Origin: Candidatus Sericytochromatia bacterium
GTDB taxonomy: Bacteria > Cyanobacteriota > Sericytochromatia > S15B-MN24 > JAQBPE01
Assembly: GCA_040400605.1 (NCBI GenBank)
Contig: JBBAPZ010000024.1
Location: 34,654-44,959 of the forward strand
Reading direction: 5' to 3'
Length of the DNA: 10,306 nt
Both the position numbers and the translations under genes were made by a program. Position 1 is the first letter of the stretch, and every line of letters starts with the position of its first letter. Shown piece after piece: positions 4,569 through 10,306 of the stretch. Below the pieces are notes generated by a model that saw only the letters and a program-made list of their open reading frames with translations, was not told the DNA's origin and did no database searches.

Positions 4569-5968
4569 GTAGCGTTGTATACACCCCACCTCCGTCCATA
4601 GTTCCGTTCCTCACAGCGGACAAGTTCGCAAATTTCATCGTTGGCCCCGTCGGATCGACGAAGACCACAGGCTCTCTGATGAAGATAGCCATGGAAGCCA
4701 AGCGCGTTGCACGGTGCAGGGATGGCATCAGGCGCTCGCGCTGTGCGGTGATACGTAACACGCGGCAGATGCTCTGGGATACGACGATCCCGGACTTTCT
4801 CAAATGGTTCCCTGACGGGCAGGCGGGCTCGCTCATGAAGACCGACAGCAAATTTCTGCTGCGGTTCGACGACGTGGAGTGCGAGGTGCTGTTTCGTGGT
4901 CTCGACGATGCCAACGACGTGCGGCGGCTTCTGTCTCTGCAGCTTACGTTCGGTGTCATGGATGAGTTCCGCGAGATCAACGCAGATGTGTACAACGCAC
5001 TGACGGGTCGTCTCGGGCGATACCCGGACAAGACCATGAACGGGGTCGGCGCGTGTGATGACGCAGGCAACCAGATCCACAAGGTGTGGGGGGCGACGAA
5101 CCCGCCGGACGCAGATACGTTCTGGGAAGAGCTGCTGCGTGATCCGCCGTCGAACATGCACGTCACCATTCAGCCCAGCGGGCTCTCGCCAGAGGCAGAT
5201 TGGGTTCAGTACCTGCCCACGGGGTACTACGAGAACCTGTGCGAAGGCAAGACGCCGGACTGGATCGACGTGTACGTCCACGGGAAGTTCGGGCGTAGCC
5301 TCGCAGGACTGCCGGTGTATGAGCGCACGTTCACAGCAGACTTCCACGTCGCCCCGGACAACCTCAAGCCCATCATAAGTCAGGAGTATCCCATCACCAT
5401 CGGGATTGACTTCGGGCGCACGCCGTCAGCCGTGTTCATGCAGCGCGATCCGCGAGGGCGAGTGCTGGTCCTCTCAGAGCTTGTCTCGGAGAACATGGGC
5501 CTGGAGACTTTCATACAGACAAGACTCAACCCGCACATCGGCAACACGTACCCAGGGTTTAAGTTCGTGGCAGCGCCGGACCCCGCAGGGTTTATGAAGC
5601 AGCAGGCCAACGAGATGACGCTGGTCGATCAGCTCAAGAACGCTGGGTTCCACTGCGTCAGGCCACCGACGAACGACCCGGACAAACGCATACAGGCAGT
5701 CGAGCGGCTGCTGGCCCAGCAGGTCGAGGGCAAAGCCATGTTCATCGTAGACCCGCGATGCACTCAGTTGATCAAAGGGTTCAAGCACGGGTATCGGTAC
5801 AAGGTCAAGAAAAACGGCGAGATGGAAGACAAGCCGGACAAGAACGAGTACAGCCATTGCCATGACGCGCTACAGTACGGTGCGGCGGTCATCGACATGA
5901 ACATACGCGGGTATGGGATGCAGAACACCCGCCGTGAGATTAAGCGTGTCTCGTTTGTATACACTTGA
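4565..5968 (+). CDS. terL: Terminase large subunit (467 aa)
   Basis: Walker A-like GPVGSTKT, Walker B FGVMDE, coupling motif ATNPP, RNase H-like nuclease motifs IGIDFG, DPAG and HCHDALQY. Located upstream of the portal gene. Confidence 0.95.
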   Translation: MSSVVYTPPPSIVPFLTADKFANFIVGPVGSTKTTGSLMKIAMEAKRVARCRDGIRRSRCAVIRNTRQMLWDTTIPDFLKWFPDGQAGSLMKTDSKFLLRFDDVECEVLFRGLDDANDVRRLLSLQLTFGVMDEFREINADVYNALTGRLGRYPDKTMNGVGACDDAGNQIHKVWGATNPPDADTFWEELLRDPPSNMHVTIQPSGLSPEADWVQYLPTGYYENLCEGKTPDWIDVYVHGKFGRSLAGLPVYERTFTADFHVAPDNLKPIISQEYPITIGIDFGRTPSAVFMQRDPRGRVLVLSELVSENMGLETFIQTRLNPHIGNTYPGFKFVAAPDPAGFMKQQANEMTLVDQLKNAGFHCVRPPTNDPDKRIQAVERLLAQQVEGKAMFIVDPRCTQLIKGFKHGYRYKVKKNGEMEDKPDKNEYSHCHDALQYGAAVIDMNIRGYGMQNTRREIKRVSFVYT

Positions 5969-5992
5969 CCATCGGGGTACCCAGGATACAAT
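5965..5992 (+). promoter_or_regulatory. Putative sigma70-type promoter upstream of the portal gene
   Basis: TTGACC (5965-5970, overlapping the terL stop), 16 nt, TACAAT (5987-5992). The spacer contains the palindrome GGGTACCC. Confidence 0.55.
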
Positions 5993-6017
5993 TTAGCTAT
6001 TTCTCACTGGAGCCGCC

Positions 6018-8111
6018 ATGGCAGCACTAGGTCTCGCAATCATTCCTGTTGCTCGGTCGTCAGACATCGAGGAGCAAGCCAAGAAGCGCAGCGATGAGTT
6101 GCAGAACCAGCCTGTTATCCAGGGTTTGGCGAGCCACGTTCGCAAGCGGTGGAACACCGGCAAAGAGTCCAAGCGAGAGCTTGAAGAGCGCATGCTCAAA
6201 GGGCTTCGTCAACGCAACGGGCTGTATGACCCAGATAAGCTCGCTGAGATTATGAAGCAGGGCGGCTCTGAGATCTACATCCAGCTATCGTCCGTCAAAT
6301 GCCGCGCAGCTACGAGCTGGCTGCGGGATACCTTGCTAGGTACCGGCGCTGACAAACCATGGGCACTGGACGCCACGCCCGAGCCCACTCTCCCCCCTGA
6401 TGTTGTTGACGCCCTGCGGGCGGACATGGCGCAGGAACTGCAGCGCATGATGGAGTCGGGCATGCAGCCGCCTGACCCGTCGCAGCTTCGCGAGATCGCG
6501 ATGCAGATGAAAGACGCTGCGATGCGTCGGACGAAGGAAGAGGCGGAAGAGCGGATCAACCGCATGGAACGTAAGATGGAGGACCAGCTCATCGAGGGTG
6601 GCTGGACTAAGGCGCTCAATGAGTTCCTCGACGACATCGTCACGTTCCCGTACGCAGTGCTCAAGGGGCCGGTCAAGCGCAAACGCAAGACTTTGGCTTG
6701 GCAGAACGGCAAGCTGGTGCCCACCGAAGAGATTCGCAACGAGTGGGAGCGCGTTGATCCGTTCATGCTCTACTGGGCACCGTGGGCCTCCGACATTCAG
6801 GACGGCTTCATCATCGAGCGGCACAAACTCACCCGCGACGATCTGCAAGCTCTGATCGGTGTGCCGGGATACAACTCTGACGCCATCCGCACCGTCATCG
6901 AGGACTTCAATCAGGGCAACCTGAACGAGTGGCTCTGGACTGACAGCGCTCAGGCGACCGCAGAGGGCAAACACGTCACCGACGCGACGTTCACCGATGA
7001 CCTCATCGACGCCCTGCAGTTGTGGGACAACGTCTTGGGACGCGACCTGCTCGACTGGGGCATGACCGCCAAGGACATCCCTGACCCGACACTGAGCTAC
7101 CCCTGCGAGGTGTGGCTTGTGGGCAACACAGTCATCCGCGCTGTGCTCAACTATGACCCGCTCGGGCGCAAGCCGTATTACGTAACATCGTACGAAAAGA
7201 TCCCCGGCACTGTGGCTGGCAAGGGCGTGACGGACTTGTGCCGTGACTCTCAGAACATGGTCAACGCCGCAGCTCGCTCGCTGGCAAACAATATGGGCAT
7301 CAGCTCTGGCCCACAGGTCGGGGTCAACGTCAGTCGCATCCCGCCGGGGGAGGACGTGACGAACATGTACCCATGGAAGATCTGGCAGTTCCAGAGCGCA
7401 GAGTTCAACGACGGCTCCCAGCCGCTGCAGTTCTTCCAGCCCAGCAGCAACGCCAATGAGCTGATGGCTGTGTTCGAGAAGTTCTCCGCACGGGCAGACG
7501 AGGACACCATGATTCCTCGCTACATGACTGGCGAGGCTACACCCGGTGCAGGTCGCACGTCCTCCGGCTTGTCGATGCTGATCAGCAACGCTGGCAAGGG
7601 CATCAAGCAGGTCATCACCAACATCGACCAGAACATCATCGTGCCGTCGATTGAGCGCCTCTATCAGGACAACCTGCGCTATAGCCAGAACCCTGATCTG
7701 ATCGGTGACGTTCGCGCTGTGGCGCGTGGGGCTACGAGCTTGGTGGTCAAAGAAGCTGAGGCGATCCGTCGTCAGGAGTTCTTGCAGCTTGTGCTCAACA
7801 GCCCAGTGGCTCAGCAGATCGTTGGTATGGGCGGCGCGGCAGAGCTTCTGCGCGAGCAGGCCCGCAACCTTAACGGAAACGTGGACCGCATCGTGCCTGA
7901 TCGCCAGACCCTGTCTGTGATGGAGCAACAACAGCAGACCATCTCGCAGCTTCAGCAGCAGATCGAGGTGATGATGGGCGCGGCCAACGAGGTACTGAAC
8001 GCTCCGGCTGGTGCTGCACCGCAGCAAAAGCCGAGGAATATCCTGCCAGATGGCAGTCAAGTTGGTGGTCGGGAGGGCAATATGATGTCTCCGCGACCGA
8101 ATGGTGTGTAA
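6018..8111 (+). CDS. Portal protein (697 aa; size and Gln-rich helical C-terminus as in P22-like/podoviral portals)
   Basis: Position after terL, length, ACTGGAG RBS, and portal-like segments (WERVDPFMLY, GKGVTDLCRDSQNMVN, RTSSGLSML). The C-terminus is a predicted coiled coil (QQQQTISQLQQQIE). Confidence 0.88.
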   Translation: MAALGLAIIPVARSSDIEEQAKKRSDELQNQPVIQGLASHVRKRWNTGKESKRELEERMLKGLRQRNGLYDPDKLAEIMKQGGSEIYIQLSSVKCRAATSWLRDTLLGTGADKPWALDATPEPTLPPDVVDALRADMAQELQRMMESGMQPPDPSQLREIAMQMKDAAMRRTKEEAEERINRMERKMEDQLIEGGWTKALNEFLDDIVTFPYAVLKGPVKRKRKTLAWQNGKLVPTEEIRNEWERVDPFMLYWAPWASDIQDGFIIERHKLTRDDLQALIGVPGYNSDAIRTVIEDFNQGNLNEWLWTDSAQATAEGKHVTDATFTDDLIDALQLWDNVLGRDLLDWGMTAKDIPDPTLSYPCEVWLVGNTVIRAVLNYDPLGRKPYYVTSYEKIPGTVAGKGVTDLCRDSQNMVNAAARSLANNMGISSGPQVGVNVSRIPPGEDVTNMYPWKIWQFQSAEFNDGSQPLQFFQPSSNANELMAVFEKFSARADEDTMIPRYMTGEATPGAGRTSSGLSMLISNAGKGIKQVITNIDQNIIVPSIERLYQDNLRYSQNPDLIGDVRAVARGATSLVVKEAEAIRRQEFLQLVLNSPVAQQIVGMGGAAELLREQARNLNGNVDRIVPDRQTLSVMEQQQQTISQLQQQIEVMMGAANEVLNAPAGAAPQQKPRNILPDGSQVGGREGNMMSPRPNGV

Positions 8112-8115
8112 ATAG

Positions 8116-8146
8116 TTGACAGCATCGCAAAATGATGTTGTAGAAT
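8116..8146 (+). promoter_or_regulatory. Putative promoter with 19-bp spacer upstream of the 80-aa gene
   Basis: TTGACA (8116-8121), 19 nt, TAGAAT (8141-8146). The ATG at 8153 follows 6 nt later and there is no Shine-Dalgarno. Confidence 0.55.
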
Positions 8147-8152
8147 TTCCAC

Positions 8153-8395
8153 ATGAAGATTTTTGTGGGCCAAAAGCCCGACAAGCAGCACATGCTGGCG
8201 TTGTATCGCTGCAAGCTGCCGGAGAACGAGAACCTGTTGGCACTCTTTCGGAAAACTCTGGAAGAAACCAAAGTGTCACTGGTTGCGGCTGAGGATACTG
8301 TTCGTATCCACAGACTCCAAGGTCGGGCGGAGGTTCTAGCAGAATTTCTCGAAGCGGTTGAGAAATCGCAAGAGATTCTGGACCGGGTCAGATGA
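8153..8395 (+). CDS. Small helical protein between portal and scaffold (80 aa)
   Basis: ORF at the portal-scaffold position where many tailed phages carry a short helical protein. It contains an R-L-Q-G-R-A-x-x-L segment that I associate with such proteins. Function unknown. Confidence 0.8.
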   Translation: MKIFVGQKPDKQHMLALYRCKLPENENLLALFRKTLEETKVSLVAAEDTVRIHRLQGRAEVLAEFLEAVEKSQEILDRVR

Positions 8396-8484
8396 CCCGG
8401 ATTTTGTAGTCCGAAGCAAACCATTATGTGAACGGCAGACCGAAGTAGGAGCCCGAAGCAGAGTTGGAGCTAAAAGGAGTAATG

Positions 8485-9468
8485 ATGGCATTGCCGAAGC
8501 AAGTTGAAGCCCAGTTGAAAGCACTGGAGGAGCTAGAGAAGCAGATTGCAAACGGTCAAAATCCAGCCCCTGCTAACCCGCAGGACCAGCCCGGAGACCC
8601 TAATCCTTCTGACCCTCCCGCAGACCCGAAGCCAGCCGATCCTGAGCCAAAGCCCGCTGAGCCCAAGCCAGCCCCAGTAGAGCCGGAAGTACCGGAAGAG
8701 ACATGGCAGCAAAAGTACCGCACCCTCAAGGGTATGTACGATGCCGAAGTGCCTCGCTTGCATGCAGATCTGCGTGATCTCAAGGCTGAAGTTGACAAAC
8801 TTCGCAAGGCCGCTGAGATCAAGCCGGTCGAACCTGCTAAGCCCGCTGCTCCGACGAAGCTGGTTACAGATGAAGAAGTTGCAACCTTTGGTCAAGACCT
8901 CATTGAGGTTCAGCGCAAAGTTGCACGCGAAGTTGCGATGGAATTCCAGAAGGACATCGAGGACTTGAGGGCCGAAAATCAGAAGCTGCTCACCCAGCTT
9001 ACAGATACCGGCAGCAGAGTCAGCGAAGCGTCGTTCGAGCAGCGGTTGCACCGTTTGGTGCCGAACTTTGAAGCAGTCAATGCTGATCCTCGCTGGATTG
9101 GTTGGCTCAACGAAGTGGACCCGATACTGCGCGGACCTAGGAAGAACATCGCGCAACAAGCGTTCAACAGTGGTGACGCAGAGGCGGTGGCACACTACGT
9201 TAGGTTGTTTGAGGCGTCCGTCGCCCCAGCACCTACTGCAGAGCCAAGCGCGGCCAAGACCGAAGAATTGGAACGTCAGATTCAGCCGTCGCGCAGTGCG
9301 TCTTCAGCTCCGTCTCCTTCTCCGAAGGGGAAGGTCTACACCGACTCGGACATCCAGAAGATGTTCAAGAAGGCAGTTGATCTAGGGGCGAAAGGTCGTA
9401 TTGATGACGCGGCAAAACTTGAAGCTGAAATTGATGCTGCGTACAGAGAAGGGCGCGTTACCGCGTGA
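8485..9468 (+). CDS. Capsid scaffolding protein (327 aa from the ATG at 8485)
   Basis: Directly upstream of the major capsid gene. Pro/acidic disordered N-terminal part, coiled-coil middle, C-terminal EIDAAYREGRV helix. Start reassigned from TTG 8464 to ATG 8485 because AAGGAG ends 5 nt upstream of it. Confidence 0.85.
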   Translation: MALPKQVEAQLKALEELEKQIANGQNPAPANPQDQPGDPNPSDPPADPKPADPEPKPAEPKPAPVEPEVPEETWQQKYRTLKGMYDAEVPRLHADLRDLKAEVDKLRKAAEIKPVEPAKPAAPTKLVTDEEVATFGQDLIEVQRKVAREVAMEFQKDIEDLRAENQKLLTQLTDTGSRVSEASFEQRLHRLVPNFEAVNADPRWIGWLNEVDPILRGPRKNIAQQAFNSGDAEAVAHYVRLFEASVAPAPTAEPSAAKTEELERQIQPSRSASSAPSPSPKGKVYTDSDIQKMFKKAVDLGAKGRIDDAAKLEAEIDAAYREGRVTA

Positions 9469-9521
9469 TCTTTGTGAGCAGCCTCAGTAACCAACCTGTT
9501 TTTCTTTTATAGGAGGCCAAA

Positions 9522-10306
9522 ATGGCTGCTGTTTATCCCGTCCAAGGTGGTTTTGACACCAACCCTTCGTACTCCGGCTCGTTTATCCCGACCCTGTGGT
9601 CTGGCAAACTGCTGGCTAAGTTCTACCAGAACACCATGCTGTCCGAAATCGCTAACACCGATTACGAGGGCGAGCTGAAGAACCAGGGCGATACCATCCG
9701 TATCCGCATGGCACCGTCGATCACCATCCGTGATTACACGGTCGGCCAGACCCTGACTTCTGAAGTTCCCACCCCGATCTTTCAGGACATGCAGGTCAAC
9801 AAGGGCAAGTACTTCAACGTGCAAGTGAGCGACGTTCTGGCTTATCAGTCGGACATGAACCTCATGAACATGTTCACCGAAGACGCTGCCAAGCAGTTGA
9901 AGATCGCCATCGAGAATGAGGTGTTCTTCAACAACATCGTGACCGAAGGTCCAGCCGCCGCTAACGAGGGTGCCACCGCCGGTGCTATTTCCGCTGCCTA
10001 CAATCTGGGCACGGACGTGACTCCCGTCGATCAGGCTACCCCCGAGAACGTGCTGAAGTGTATCTTGCGCATGTCTACCGTCTTGGACGAGCAGAACGTG
10101 CCTGAAGATGGCCGCTGGCTGGTTCTGAGCCCGTTTGACCGTCATCTGCTGATGCAGTCGAACTTGGCTCAAGCCTACTTCACTGGCGACGCTTCCAGCA
10201 CCATTCGTACCGGCAAGATCGGCATGATCGACCGCTTCACGGTCTACGTGTCGAACCTGCTGCCGCGTGGCGCTGCTGGCAAGGCTCTGGTGGCTGGTCT
10301 GACCGA
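9522..10306 (+). CDS. Major capsid protein (HK97 fold, T7/P22-like), partial
   Basis: Not in the ORF track because no stop lies in the window. AGGAGG at 9511-9516, then MAAVYPVQGGFDTNPSYSGSFIPTLWSGKLLAKFYQNTMLSEIANTDYEGELKNQGDTIRI...LDEQNVPEDGRWLVLSP...GKIGMIDRFTVYVSNLLP, open to the end. These segments match T7/P22-type capsid protein patterns. Confidence 0.93.
   Translation, partial: MAAVYPVQGGFDTNPSYSGSFIPTLWSGKLLAKFYQNTMLSEIANTDYEGELKNQGDTIRIRMAPSITIRDYTVGQTLTSEVPTPIFQDMQVNKGKYFNVQVSDVLAYQSDMNLMNMFTEDAAKQLKIAIENEVFFNNIVTEGPAAANEGATAGAISAAYNLGTDVTPVDQATPENVLKCILRMSTVLDEQNVPEDGRWLVLSPFDRHLLMQSNLAQAYFTGDASSTIRTGKIGMIDRFTVYVSNLLPRGAAGKALVAGLT

Noticed and set aside
6336..8279. 647-aa antisense ORF
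   Set aside because: It lies opposite the portal and 80-aa genes and has no RBS or recognisable motifs. Long antisense frames are an expected shadow of biased codon usage in GC-rich genes.
8464..8484. TTG start at 8464 for the scaffold gene
   Set aside because: The AAGGAG Shine-Dalgarno lies inside this extension and is correctly spaced for ATG 8485.
8570..8700. Repetitive Pro/Asp/Glu-coding tract
   Set aside because: It is an ordinary low-complexity linker of a scaffolding protein with degenerate codons, not a DNA-level repeat element.
9507..10172. 221-aa minus-strand ORF, and the other antisense or nested ORFs over terL, portal and scaffold
   Set aside because: These are shadow frames of well-supported + strand genes.

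Overview
The window is part of a tailed dsDNA bacteriophage genome. It spans the point where two divergent halves meet. The right half (4005 to the end, + strand) is a head-packaging and morphogenesis module: probable terminase small subunit, terminase large subunit, portal, an 80-aa protein, scaffolding protein, and a major capsid protein that runs off the window. The left half (1-3717, - strand) holds early-type genes of unknown function. These include a ribbon-helix-helix plus HTH regulator, an unannotated 31-aa membrane peptide and a partial gene missed by the ORF track. Several have their own sigma70-type promoters and intrinsic terminators. The most striking unexplained structure is non-coding. 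Five copies of a 16-bp palindrome TAATCCC(A/G)TGGGATTA and five TGATAGTAG sites form a repeated 'palindrome / TGATAGTAG / terminator' junction between early transcription units. A ~750-bp gene-free region (1481-2245) contains inverted IHF-consensus sites, short iterated motifs and overlapping inverted repeats. All functional calls come from motif recognition and gene order only; no searches were run.
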